Source of the DNA: Callorhinchus milii
Lineage: Eukaryota
Direction: 5' to 3'
Length of the DNA stretch: 64,000 bases
Assembly (NCBI RefSeq): GCF_018977255.1
Contig: NW_024704749.1
Span: 4,092,001-4,156,000 of the forward strand
The position numbers and the translations under genes are program-made. Under the pieces are notes generated by a model. That model saw nothing but the letters and a program-made list of their open reading frames with translations. It was not told where the DNA came from and searched no databases. Each line of letters starts with the position of its first letter. Positions within the stretch are counted from its first letter, which is position 1. Positions 12,072 through 25,712 of the stretch are shown here, in pieces.

Positions 12072-13375
12072 CTGCTACGGAACAGCCTGTCCAACCCCAT
12101 CGTATGCATAAAAAAAGGATCACTTGTACAAGGTACAGGAATGGCTGGTGCCCATGGAACCGTGCTCCAATAATGAGAGTCAGCACTTTTTTAGGGGGTG
12201 GCGGGGATGGGGGGGGGGGGGTGCAACAGAGGGAGTAAAAGCAACACAAACAAATTGGTTATTATTATTATTATATGGCACTGAGAAACAGAGGCATAAT
12301 TTCCTATCCAGGGAAACAGAGGCAGCACCAATGTACATCTGTGGAGCGTTGCCCACCCTGGTGGTTGATATGAGTACTAACGGCTTTAAAATAATACTCT
12401 ATGGGTAAAGAACAGAGCAATTATCACTATCATCTTTCCAGCGACATTAACCTTGGATTAATTATATCCAGGTGGAAATAGCCTGACACTGATATCTGGC
12501 TTTCTTAGGTGCAATGAGAACGAATGCAATTCAACTTATCATAACGTCACAAAATAAGGATCTGTGGAGGATTTCCACAAGCGTTGAAATATCTACCGGG
12601 ATCTTTAGAAGCTATCTTTGCATTTATAATAATAGAATAATCCTTGCATTTGTTGTAGCGCTTTATCATGTTGTCGAGACATCTCAAAGCGCTTCACAGG
12701 TTTTTACTGTCCTGTACACAGGACTGGGTATTTTGCAGTTGATTTTCAGACAGAGATGTCCCACAAACAGCCACAAAGTGAATAATAATAATAATCCTTG
12801 CATTTAATATAGCGCCTTATCACATAGTTGAGACGTCTCAAAGCGCTTAACGGAATATACTGTAAAGTGGAGTGACAGTGTATTTTGTGATCGATTTTAT
12901 TGTTTGCAGTTCTCAAATTGTTTGAGTCATGCAGTCATTTAAAGCTATGTTTAATTTTAAAAAATGCATTTAGCTGGTGAATTCTGAGCTAATCAAGGTG
13001 AGAGATGTCAGTGCTAGCATTGGAATACTTTTCTGCCTTTTTCCCATCCAGTGTCAACATAGAAGAGCTCCCAAAACAGGTGCAGCACAGGCCAGAAACC
13101 GAACAAAAGAAAGAATTTGCCTTTTTAACAGTGCTTTATGCATCCAAGGTCTCAGAGGACTTTACAGTAATTATTGTCAGAAAATGTAAACCTCCCTCTA
13201 CACTGCCTTATCGCCAGGTCTTTTGAAAGGAATAGGATGGGTAGGAGCAGAGTACACCATCTCTAATCTTTCCCCAACACCGTGTCTCAACTATAATAGG
13301 TGGCTCCTGAATGTTTCTGACACAGACTGTTGTCTGTGGTCTGTCTGAGTGAGATTGCCAACTCAGTACTGATTT

Positions 13376-13775
13376 AATAATAATCTTTTCATTTGATAGA
13401 GTGCCTTTCACCTCAGGAGGACGTCTCATAAGATTTACCGTGAAGTGCAGTGACTGTGTATTTTGTAGGCGAATGGGACAGCTAATTTGCACTCAGCAAT
13501 GTCCCACAAACACCACAAAGACAATGAGGACTGTGGGTCAGGACACCAGGAGAGAGAAATTCCCTTCTCTTTTCAAATGGTGTCATGAGATCTTGAACAG
13601 GTAGACAGGAGCTTGGCTCAACGTTTCATCCGAAGGATGGCACCTCCAACAGTGCAGCACACCCCTGCATTGGAGCGTCATCTTAGACGACTGTGCTCAA
13701 AGCCCTGAGGTGGAGCTTGAACCAACAACTTTCTGACTCAGAGGCGAGAGTGCTACCAACTGAGCCAAGCTCACA
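13376..13775 (-). mobile_element. Deu-type SINE
   Basis: Reverse complement head TGGCTCAGTTGGTAGCACTCTCGCCTCTGAGTCAGAA, then GGAGGTGCCATCCTTCGGATG segment and shared tail. Confidence 0.8.
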
Positions 13776-13971
13776 ACTAACTTTGCTGGTAACTGGCCTG
13801 GGCTGCGCTCAGGTCCGCACCTGTACACACTGGTTCAGGAACTGGTTCAGATGTGCCGAACACAGCCCTAACCTGGCATGAAGCTAACAATATAATTGGA
13901 CATAGCACGTCATGGTAACAAATAACGCCACCTAATGGAACTATTCCAAAGCTCCTCTCATTCCTTTGTAC

Positions 13972-14410
13972 ATCAGCCTGGCTCGCTTGGTACACTCTCG
14001 CCTCTGAGTCAGAAACCTCTTGGTTCAAGGCGCACATTGGGACTTTGAACATGTACAGCCCAGGCTGACAGTGTGATTGTGTTGTGTTGCATTGGAGGAG
14101 GTGCCATCCTTCAGATTAAATGTTAAACCGAGGTCTTGTTCGTGCCTGTTCAGGTGGACGTTAAAGATTCCACGGTGCTCTCTGAAAAGGAGAAGCGAAT
14201 TTCTCCCGATGTCCCAGCCAACAATCTTCCAGAAAAAATTGGTCGTTCACTTCATGTCTGTTTGGGAGTCTTTGCCATGTGCAGATTAGCTGGCGGGTTC
14301 ACCTACAAAATGCACAGTCACTACATTTCTCGGTAAATCCTGTGAAGAACTTTGGAACATTTTCTCGGTCTGAAAGGTGCTATATTAAATGTGACGGCCA
14401 TTATATTATT
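13972..14410 (+). mobile_element. Deu-type SINE, head-to-head with the previous copy
   Basis: CACTCTCGCCTCTGAGTCAGAA head, GGAGGTGCCATCCTTCAG, CCTGTTCAGGTGGACGTTAAAG. Confidence 0.8.
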
Positions 14411-14824
14411 TTACTGGGAGCCCAGGCAACCTGCCAAGGTAGCAGTTACATTTTAAGCAGGAAATAGATTATTAAATCTACCTCATGAGATTAAACATAT
14501 GGGCCTTTGGGGAGTTGAAAAGAAAATACAAGTAGCTGCAATGATTTATATCCAAATGGTAATGAAACTATTTCAAACAATTGGCAATCAGAAGTTAACT
14601 TTCAAACCTGACTGCTTGCCAAGACTAACACTTATTTTCCCCATAGATCTTACAAAGATTGCAATAAAACTTTAATGGCTATTCACTGCTAACTGCACTA
14701 ACATATGCTACAATGCATTACAGCTATCTGCTTCTCTTCATGTTGATATTTATTTGTTTGGAGGGGAGTTGTCAATTTTCTATTCTCCCCAAGTTTTATG
14801 CACCTAATCATTATACATTCTCAG

Positions 14825-15100
14825 GCAGGGCGAAACTTTAGGCAAGTTTCCTTGCACCACACATCTCTGTTTACTTAGCAGTAAGTAAGAACCCGGCTGT
14901 TAGTCGATTGGCGGATCGCTTTCCGGGGGTAATAATCACTCAATCCACAACTGTTTGTGGGACACAGTTGTGTGCAATTGGCTGCCATGTTTCGCCCACA
15001 AAATATAGTTAATCCACTTTACAGTATATTCTGTGAAGTGCTTTCAGGCATCTCAATGACGTGATAAGGCACTAGATCAGATGCAAGGATTATTATTATT
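14825..15100 (+). mobile_element. tRNA-derived SINE lacking most of its head
   Basis: Middle segment and (TTA)n tail. Confidence 0.85.
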
Positions 15101-15817
15101 AAAAAGTAACCCTGCAAGAAAGAGGCAGAATTAAGAACAGCAATGCTGCCTGTCTCCTTCATCAAATAAATAATAATAATCTTTGCATTTGATATTGAGC
15201 CTTTCATGTCACGAGGTAATCTCAAAACGCCTCATAGGATTTACTGTGAAATCCACAGACTGTATTTTGTATTTTGTAGGTGAGAGCCCATTTACTCGCA
15301 ACAATGTCCTACAAATAGTTGTGAAGTGAGTGGCCTTAATTGTTAGCCAGGGACAGACAACACACACAGGAAGAATAGCCACCTCAAGGTAATGTACCGG
15401 AGGATGACTGTGGTAATGAACCCCATCGAAGGGTCAGTGGCTTCAGGAATGGAGAGCAGAAAATTCAAGAAGGGAAAGACACCTTAAATTACAGCATACT
15501 GCTTCAAGGGCAAAGATAATCAGTTACCTCAGCATGATTATTCCTGTCTAAACCTGGCACTGCATTTGTCACCAGACATTGATCTATTTATAAACATGTA
15601 GTTTTCCGAACGCTGAGTTTCTCACAGAGGAATTTTTTTAAAAAAAGTGTATGTTTATTTCTCCCAGAGATTTGTTTGAATATGGATTGATTCGCCAGAG
15701 AGTGACTTATAGATGGGAGGGGGATTAAGAAGGGGAATTAAATAAATGCAATCAAAGGGTGTTAGAAGTCATGGGGAAAGAGCAGAAAATATGATTTAGG
15801 ATTTTTTGGAGGGGGGG

Positions 15818-16433
15818 GGTCAGACGAGTGTGTGGCACACACGGAAACCCATCACCAAGAGTATCCAAACCAGGAAGGCTACATGCAGTTTCACGTGTGT
15901 TGAGAAATTTTCCAACAAACATGTCATACTCCCAAAGGTAACACGTTAGGCAATGCAATGTCCACCCTCTGTGGCGGTCTCGCTCGTCCAGTTCCTGAGT
16001 CAGGTGGGACTGCAGTAGTCCAAGGCACTGCTGATGACAGCATGGCCAGGCTGGACTTGGAAAGGCAGAGCAGTCGCTGGGAGGCAGGGAATCCTCCCAT
16101 TCGGCTCCCGTTGACCCCGCAACCCAAAGCCCTATGACAGGTCCCTGCTGGACAGGCAGCAGAGCAGGAAAGCTTGTCAAGGCGGCAATATCAATGGTAA
16201 ACTACGCAGCTTTAACCGATTAAACTCCAGGAATTACCTCCCAAAGCACACCCTGGGGTCCCCCAAAAGCCTTATAATAATAATAATAATAATAATAATC
16301 CTCGCATTTGACAGAGCGCTTTTCACGTCTTCTCGACGCCTCAAAGGGCTTCACAGAATAGACTGTCAGGTGAACTGACCGTATATATTTTGCGGGCGAG
16401 ATATTCCCTGCCTTGGCTCTTGCCAACCTGCAG
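15818..16433. mobile_element. Inverted-repeat element copy with a nested SINE tail (16273-16400), directly upstream of the COX6A1 promoter
   Basis: Terminal motif at 15818-15872; internal sequence is the reverse complement of 5750-5960. Confidence 0.6.
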
Positions 16434-16519
16434 CCTGGGAGAGAGAGAGAGGGAGGGAGAGAGGGAGAGAGAGAGAGGGGAGAGGAGAGAGAGGGAGGAG
16501 AGAGGGAGAGGGAGAGAGA

Positions 16520-16680
16520 GCGTGAGAAATTCCATGACACCGCACAAACCCGCCCAATCGGGCGTCAACCCGCCCAAACCAAACCGCCCGGCCAGCCCAC
16601 GTGACGCCGCTAACCAAGCCCCGCCCCCTCCCCGCCCCCTCCCGGCGTGCACCGCGACGTATCCGCGTCACAAAATGGCG
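16520..16680 (+). promoter_or_regulatory. COX6A1 CpG-island promoter
   Basis: CCAAT, E-box CACGTGAC, two CCCCGCCCC GC boxes, YY1-type AAAATGGCG overlapping the ATG. Confidence 0.75.
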
Positions 16681-16771
16681 GCCACCGGTCTCGGGCGACT
16701 TCTCCTCCGCGGAGGCCTCGGCGGGTCCCGTCGCTTCTCGGCCGCCGCGGCGGCCCCGGAGCACCAGAGCG
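16675..16771 (+). CDS. COX6A1: Cytochrome c oxidase subunit 6A1, exon 1 (mitochondrial presequence)
   Basis: MAATGLGRLLLRGGLGGSRRFSAAAAAPEHQS; donor G|GTGGGT phase 1; join 16675-16771,19294-19436,20299-20391 = 110 aa. Confidence 0.88.
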
Positions 16772-17162
16772 GTGGGTACCGATGGTGTTGTTTGGCGGGT
16801 GGGGGGACAGAGAAGCCGGAGGGAGGGGGGGGGCAGTGGGGGGAGGGAGCGGCTGTTGGGCCTTGGCTGTGGGTGTCGAGCCTCGGGCTCCGTTAGTGGC
16901 AGAAGCCGCTGTCCCGGCGCTTCCTCTTCGGGAGGGAGGGAGGGCACCGCCTGCTTGGCCCGTCCCGGGGCTCGCGTTTTAGCGGCGGGTGATTCTCGAG
17001 GTTACCGACCGGCGCCGTTTGGTTTCTAACCCGGGGGTCGGTCCAAGGTCACCCCGCGAGCGAGAGAGAGAGAGAGAGAGAGAGAACGACTGCCGCCGCT
17101 TCCATTGCTGTAAGAGAGCCACGGGGGGGGGGCGGCGTCTCCCGAGAGCCGCGCCTGAGAGC

Positions 17163-17622
17163 CGGGGCGGGGGGGATGGGCCGGGGTGGGGGGGGGATGG
17201 GGGGTGGGGGGGGGCCGGGGTGGGGGATGGGGTGGGGGCCCGGGGTTGGGGTTGGGGGTGGGGGTGGGGGGGGTGGGGTGGGGGCCGGGGGTGGGGTTGG
17301 GGTGGGTGGGGGCCCGGGGTGGGGTTGGTGGGGGGGGGGGGGGGTGGGGTGGTGGGGTGGGGGCCGGGGGTGGGGTTGGTGGGGTGGGGGGGGTGGGGCC
17401 GGGGTGGGGTTGGGGTGGGTGGGGCTGGGGTGGGGCCGGGGGTGGGGTTGGGGTGGGTGGGGGCCCGGGGGTGGGGTTGGGGGTGGGGGTGGGCCGGGGG
17501 TGGGGTTGGTGGGGTGGGGGCCGGGGTGGGGGGGTGGGGTTGGTGGGGTGGGGGCCCTGGGGGGGTGGGCGGTTGGTGGGGGTGGGGGCCGGGGGTGGGG
17601 GCCGGGGGTGGGGTTGGGGGGG
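17163..17622 (+). repeat. G-rich tandem array (GGGGCCGGGGGTGGGGTT-like) in COX6A1 intron 1
   Basis: Dozens of G4-G10 runs. Confidence 0.9.
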
Positions 17623-19293
17623 GAACCTCCCGACCTAATCGGTTGAAATCAAAAGAAAAAACCTGCGAGAAAAGGAAATGCGCGGCCCCGGGGGGCGGGT
17701 CCGAGGTGATTTGCTCAACAACAAACCGTTTGAACCAACTCAGCATCTCCGCCCCCCCCGGCCCACCACCACCTCCTCTCTCTCTCTCTCTCTCTCTCTG
17801 GTGGGGTCTCTTTTTTGGGGGGTCGTCTGGTTCCTGAGCCTGGATGAAGGCTAACTCTAACCCATTCAGTCTTCAGCTCAGTGAGAGAATTTGGGGCACA
17901 TGTCAGATGCCAGGCTGACCCTCTCTCTCCCCCCCCCCTCCCCCCCCAAAAAAAAACAAAAATAATGATCAGCATTTAGGTGAAGATGTTGGAAGGTTTT
18001 TGAGTGCAAAAGTCCCTGTTTTCCACTGCTTTTCTAGTTGTGCAGTGAAATTTATTGTAAACGTTTACAATAGGACAACATATCAACCCCCTTTTCCTCT
18101 CGTCTCACCTCTCCTCTCCCCCCCCCACCATTGACCCACCATTGAAGCTGTATGTTTGGATACATGTTCTGTCACCCCTTTTTGAAGACCCCTCAACTCT
18201 GGCAGAAGCTCATCTCTTCGACCTCTCGATGAGTCTGAGTCTACCTCTCTCTGTTTGTGCTCTTTCACTTGCCCTGACCACTTCCCCCCCCCCCAATGCT
18301 CGGGTCCTGACCCAACTGTCCAGCGCCTTGGGACGTCCTCCCGACGTGAAAGGCGCTCTATAAATGGAATCTCGTTGTTGTTTCAAGCAAACAACACAAA
18401 TTGCATTTATCCTCCCACCTTTCATTTCAGGAGGACATCTCAACCCCCTCATTTTCTTCAAGATTCTTATAATCTACTGCTCTCCCAAACTACACAGCGC
18501 TTTCCTCTGTTTTTGCACCAGATACTTCCTCATCTCGGATAACTTTAACCTTCAATTAAACTCTTGCTGCCCCATCTCTGCTGATTTCACTGCTGGTTTC
18601 TTCGCCCTCCATATTATCAACTCTCATACCAACATCCACAGACACTTTAATGTGGTCATTAAACATGACTTCTAACATTTCTGCGCTTGCCATCTCTATT
18701 CACTTGATCATCTCTCTCACTTCCTAGATCTCCCCTCTGTGGTAAATCCTCCACCATCTCCTTTAGCAAAATGCCCCATGAATCTCTCTCAAGTACCCCC
18801 TTGCCTTCTGGCTGCCATTGAGTTGCTCAAAGGTTGCCCCTCGACCACCTTCAAAGCCAAATCTGCCTTTTCAATTGTGCTCTCGATTTCAGCTGAACTA
18901 TTATTCTGACCACTTGCATATCAAACATCAACTTCCTTCAGCTTTAACATGGACAAGATGGAAGTGACCCTCTCTCACGTTCTATCTCACTGAACCAATG
19001 TTCAGCCTTGACATGTGGTTCAATCCTCTGCTTTTGAAAGCTGCTTAAAAAAAAGCTATCCTATTGACCACACCTACAGTTACCTGTCCTCGGGGGGTGG
19101 GGGGTAGTATGGGGCACCATCTCTGTAAAGTACTGCAAGATGTTGCTCTACGTGAATGGCACTGTGCAAGTTGTTGTGATAAATATTCTCTGCCTCAAAT
19201 CCAACAAAAATAATTTGCATTTATATAGCCCCTCACACGGGGCGGCGTCCCAAATATATTCAGCTGATCTATTCTGTCAACTTGTTTTCACAG

Positions 19294-19436
19294 CTCGTTT
19301 GTGGAAGATACTTTCCTTTGTAGTCGCTCTTCCCGGTGTCGGTGTCTGCATGTTGAACACCTACCTGAAATCGCAGGAACACTCTCACGAAAGATCAGAG
19401 TTTATTGCATATACCCACCTCCGGATTAGGAGCAAA
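19294..19436 (+). CDS. COX6A1: COX6A1 exon 2
   Basis: [43 protein letters not shown]; TTTTCACAG acceptor, GTGAGT donor. Confidence 0.96.
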
Positions 19437-20298
19437 GTGAGTATTGGCCTTGGAAGGGATTACCAAAGAATCCTGAACTGATGTGAATGTATTACTGTAC
19501 TACCTACAGTTATTGGATATGAAAGAACTTGACATTTTTGTAGTGCGATTTTATGTCTGGCCCAAACGGCTTCATATGTAATTATTTCAAAGGCAACCGT
19601 GGCTGCCTTTTATATCAGCAGTACCCACAAAGAGCCATGGGGTAAGTAACCAGTTGCTTTGGAGATCAATTAGTAAGGTCTACTATATCCACAAAATAAC
19701 ATGGATACTTTGTTATAGTTGGGGTTTAATTTTTATATTGAACAAAATTGATTTTTGGGGGTAGAGGAAGCTGGAGAAACTGACTCAAAAGTAAAATAGG
19801 TATCACAATTTTGTTTTGTTTGGACCATCAAGAAAATAAGACAGGTAATAACCCAAATGTACCAGCACAGCTAGAAATAGGAACCGCTCTCGGAACTCTG
19901 GCAATAAATGCAAGTGATTCTGGTGCAAAGAATTCAAAGGGGTCAATAACCTGACCTGAAGCACAGTCAGTATGTGCAACTCTGCACAGAGGCTACCTGT
20001 GCAATGGTGTAGGGTTCAGATGTTAATAATAATAATCCCTGCATTTGTTATAGTGCTTTATCACGTCGTTCAGATGTCTCAAAGCGCTTCACAGAATGTA
20101 CTGTAGATTATATAGTTTTTGGACACAAAATGTCAAGTGACTGCCAGGATAGTGGAAGGTGAACTAGATGGACCTTGGTCTTTTTGCCCAGCAAGTTCTT
20201 GAGTTGTGCATTTTGTGGGTGAATGTGAGGCTGTAGATTATGAAACTAATATTAAAATTATTTGTGCTGAACAGTTTATTTTTCCAATTCCTCCACAG

Positions 20299-20391
20299 CC
20301 ATTCCCTTGGGGAGATGGGAACCACACACTCTTCCACAATTCTCACACCAACCCTCTGCCGACTGGATGGGAAGGGGATGATGAACACTGA
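20299..20391 (+). CDS. COX6A1: COX6A1 exon 3
   Basis: [30 protein letters not shown]; CTCCACAG acceptor. Confidence 0.96.
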   Translation, partial: PFPWGDGNHTLFHNSHTNPLPTGWEGDDEH

Positions 20392-20538
20392 TTGATGTGT
20401 CGGAGCAGAAAAGACTGGGTGCTGCCGGTTTGTGGACCACTCCATGGAGCTTTCCTTCTATTGTATGTGCAGCTGAATTGTTTAAAATACAATGAACTAA
20501 ATTAAGTGTTGACCATCTTCCAATTGTGTTAACACCAT

Positions 20539-20544
20539 AATAAA
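20539..20544 (+). terminator. Probable COX6A1 polyadenylation signal
   Basis: AATAAA about 150 nt after the stop, followed by a GT-rich tract. Confidence 0.65.
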
Positions 20545-21765
20545 AATGAACACAAAAGTTTGATGTGTTGGGACTGTTTTTGTGGGGCAAGGAGTGGGCT
20601 GTTTTGAGTAACATTAAAGAGCTGGTAAAGGGGGAAAAGAAATCCTTCTATTGGTGGATTATTTTTATTGAATACTCTTGAGTATCTATGACATCGAAAA
20701 ACCTACCAACAATCCTGTATGGACTCCCAAGGTGAGAATCGACATTTATATTATATCCTCAAATAAATAACTTGAAACACTTCAAGCATCTACTGTTGAG
20801 CAGGCTTTTGGGTCCGATGTTTAATTCTTCTCTCAAAAAAAGTTTGTTCCCTGTAATGAGCGATGAAATTTTGTGCTTCCACATAAAGGATTGGGGCATA
20901 CATGGGTCTTTGATTTATCCCATTAAACAGGGAGAAACATTGAGCAAGTTTCCTTACTCCACATGCCTCTGTTTACCTAGCAGCAAATAGGACCCCGGTT
21001 GTTAGCGGATCACTTTTCCGGGGGTTATCCTTAAATAAAAAAATGTGGTCACTCAATCTATGACTGTTTATGGAACACTTGTCCACAATTGGCTGCTGTG
21101 TTTTGCCCACACAATAAAGAGTCGATTCACTTTACAACATACAACATGAAGTGCTTTTGAGACGTCTCAAAGATGTGATGAGGTGGTATATCAAATGCAA
21201 GAATCGCAAGTCCTACCAATGAGCCACACTGGGTCATCTGGTCAGCAATACCTTGGCCCAATGTGGACCTGTCCAGCTCAGGAATCATCAGAGAGAGAAA
21301 ATCCAAACCCAGAATACAGTCCCTTCCAAGATTTCACATCATTGATGTGAACTGGATTCAAAATCCTGGTCTCTATTGTGAAAGGGTAACGTGTTTTGCC
21401 CACTTCATTTTCCAGTATATTCTGTAAAGTGCTGTGAGACGTCTTGAAGTTAAGATCAGCTGCTATATCAAATGCAAGGATTATTATTATCATGTTTCCT
21501 AATGCACTACCATTTTCTAATTTAATTGGGTGTAGCGCATTTAAAAGCAATGAACTTTGAGAAAAAAAATTCTTTTCAAATCCAGCACCCGGAAGCCCTG
21601 GAAAATCATAACTTTTGATCATCTGTAAAAGCTGACTTCCCTCTGATTAAGGTTGCTCAGGGCTACAATAACTTGTCCAGGGGATAAAGTCAATAAAGGG
21701 AAGATCCAGAAATAGATAAAAGTTCTGCAACTTTTGCATGATTCTCCTTGGGAAATGCAGAGTAT

Positions 21766-22540
21766 ACAACAACAACAACAAGATTCCATTTATAAAGCGC
21801 CTTTCACGTCAGGAGGACGTCCCAAGGCGCTGCACAGTTGGGTCATGACCCGAGCAGGGGGGAAATGGTCAGGGTGAGGGGAGGGGAGGGAGCGAGGAGG
21901 GGGGAAATGGTCAGGGTGAGGGGAGGGAAGGGAGGGAGCGAGGAGGGGGGAAATGGTCAGGGTGAGGGGAGGGATGGGAGGGAGCGAGAAGGGGGAAGAG
22001 AGTCGAGAGGGGAGCTGAAGGCACGGTCAAAGAGAAAGGTTTTGAGACCGGCCTTGAAGGAGGAGAGGGAAGAAGCGGCGAAGGCACTGGGGGATAGAGT
22101 TCCAGAGCCTCGGGGCTGAGAGGCTGAAGGCCCGACCACCGATGGTAGGGCGATTGGGGCGGGGGACGTGGAGCAGACCAGAGCCGGAGGAACGGAGGGT
22201 ACGGGCAGGTAGGTAGGGGGATAGTAGGTTGGAGAGGTAGGAGGGAGCGAGGCCGTGAATGGCCTTGTAGATGAGGATGAGGATCTTGAAATCAATCCTC
22301 TGGGGGATGGGGAGCCAGTGGAGGGTGAGGGTGAGGGTGGGAGTGATGTGGTCGCGGTGTCTGGTGCGGGACAGTACATGAGCTGCAGAGTTCTGAATGA
22401 CCTGCAGTGTGGAGGGAGGTGGTGGGAAGGCCGACGAGGAGAGAGTTCCCATAGTCCAGCCTTGAGGTGATAAAGGCGTGGACCAGGGTTTCAGCCGCGT
22501 GAGGGGTGAGGTAGTGCCGTAGTCTGGCGATGTTCCGGAG
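21766..22540 (-). mobile_element. 5'-truncated L2 LINE, same subfamily as 428-1544
   Basis: [39 protein letters not shown]; (TTG)n tail at 21766; triplicated 3'UTR segment. Confidence 0.93.
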
Positions 22541-23005
22541 ATACATACGTTGGGATACATAGTGTACATTGGGATACATAGTGTACATTGGGATACATTG
22601 TGTACATGGGGATATATAGTGTATATGGGGATACATAGTGTACATAATAATCCCTTCAAAACCAAAACAATAATAAATTGGTCATTTTCAATCCACGACT
22701 GTTTGTGGGACATTGCTGTGCGCAATTGGCTGCCACGTTCGCCCACAAATATACAGTCACTTCACTTTACAGTGTGTTCTGTGAAGCGCTTTGGGACGTC
22801 CTCCCGACGTGAAAAGCGCTATATCAAATGTGAGGATTATTATTATTATTATGGGGAAACATAGTGTCTATTGAGAAACAGTATACATTGGGATACATTG
22901 TGTACATTGGGATACATTGTGTACATTGGGACACATTGTGTACATTGGGACACATTGTGTACATTGGGATACATTGTGTACATTGGGACACATAGTGTAT
23001 ATGGG
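22541..23005. repeat. 19-bp minisatellite (GGGATACATTGTGTACATT) interrupted by a SINE 3' half at 22645-22852
   Basis: Tandem units on both sides of the SINE. Confidence 0.85.
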
Positions 23006-23245
23006 GAAGTTGTTGGAATGTCACTAAACCCCATCTGACAAATAGCGCAATAATAATAATATAATACACAGACTCTCATCCGCCCCAACTGAGCACAGGG
23101 CTGAAGCTGCTGAGGGCTGTGGGGGGTGTGGGGGGGACAGCGATACAGTGGTTACTGCTGCCCCCCCCCTCCCCCCACAGTGGCAGCAGAGAGACTGACT
23201 GAGAGCCACTGGGATCGGAGCTGGTGTTGAACTAGTGACGGGTGT

Positions 23246-23383
23246 NNNNNNNNNNNNNNNNNNNNNNNNNNNNNNNNNNNNNNNNNNNNNNNNNNNNNNN
23301 NNNNNNNNNNNNNNNNNNNNNNNNNNNNNNNNNNNNNNNNNNNNNNNNNNNNNNNNNNNNNNNNNNNNNNNNNNNNNNNNNNN
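23246..23383. other. Assembly gap (N run)
   Basis: 138 N. Confidence 1.
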
Positions 23384-23469
23384 CTTTCCGTCCCCTGAGA
23401 ACCTACAGCTGAGGTTTAAAACTGCCCGAACTGATTTGCAGCTGATTTGCAAAAGGGTTTATATATAGA

Positions 23470-24683
<1,214 letters not shown>

Positions 24684-25613
24684 TGAAAAGAGAAGCTTTT
24701 CCGAATCAGTCCCACTCTCCACCCCCCCCTCTCCCCCCCACAGCCCTGCAAACTTGTTCTCCCCCTCCCCCCCAATAATTATCTAATTGTCGTGTTTGTT
24801 GTTGTTGTTGTCCCCGCTTCGCCCTGACACTTGCACAGGTTTGCTGCGGGACTCGGAGGATTGCTCTCGGAGGAAACCGCGCGCAGGCAGACACGACGGG
24901 CCGAGTGACCTTCTTCTGTGGCCGCACGTATTTCTGGGGTTAAATCTCCGCGGTTTCGCTGGAAGCTGTAAAGCTGGACGCCAGCCGGTGGTGACCTTCC
25001 TCTGGTGACCCCCAGCGTTCGTGCGTTTGCACAGAACGGCCGCACGCACAGTCACTACTCTTTGCTGTGGAATCCTGTGAAGCGCTTCCAGGTGTCCTCT
25101 CGACGTGAAATGCAGGGTTTATTGGCTATTTTCAAGCAGCACCGAGCCACACAGAGCAGAAGGTCACGAGTATAATTTCTGGTCTGCGCCGAGTTTTTAG
25201 CCGATTTGCGCACAGCAGTGTCCCACAAACAAGAGCAAAGTGCATTTATGTAGCGCCTTTCACGTCGGGAGGGTGTCCCAAGGCCTGGCTGGACATTCCA
25301 GGGTTTGCGCCCGAGCTGGAGGGGGGAAATGACATGGTCGAAGGGATGGGTCTTCAGAAGGACATTGAAAGAGGTGAGGCGACTCCAGAATGAAACAGCC
25401 ATGAAAGTAATAAATAATCTTTATTTTGTCACGAGCTGCTGCATTTGGCTGCACAGCAGTATTCATTTTATTTCTAGACAACCATACCTTCTGAAGCGCT
25501 TTGAGACATTTAACTCCAACGAAAGGCGCTACAAGAAGCACAGCCTGTTCACTGTTTAATAGTCAGCATTCTGGAGCGTGTTTTCTGTACACTGATGTTT
25601 GCTTAAAATGTAA

Positions 25614-25712
<99 letters not shown>

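Noticed and set aside
1-16500. Protein-coding exons upstream of COX6A1
   Set aside because: No recognisable peptide in any frame; ORFs are SINE, LINE or microsatellite derived
16979-17837. Long Gly/Trp/Pro-rich ORFs (also 24006-24786, 27382-28871, 45639-46677, 10583-11385)
   Set aside because: Stop-free translations of low-complexity repeats or N gaps
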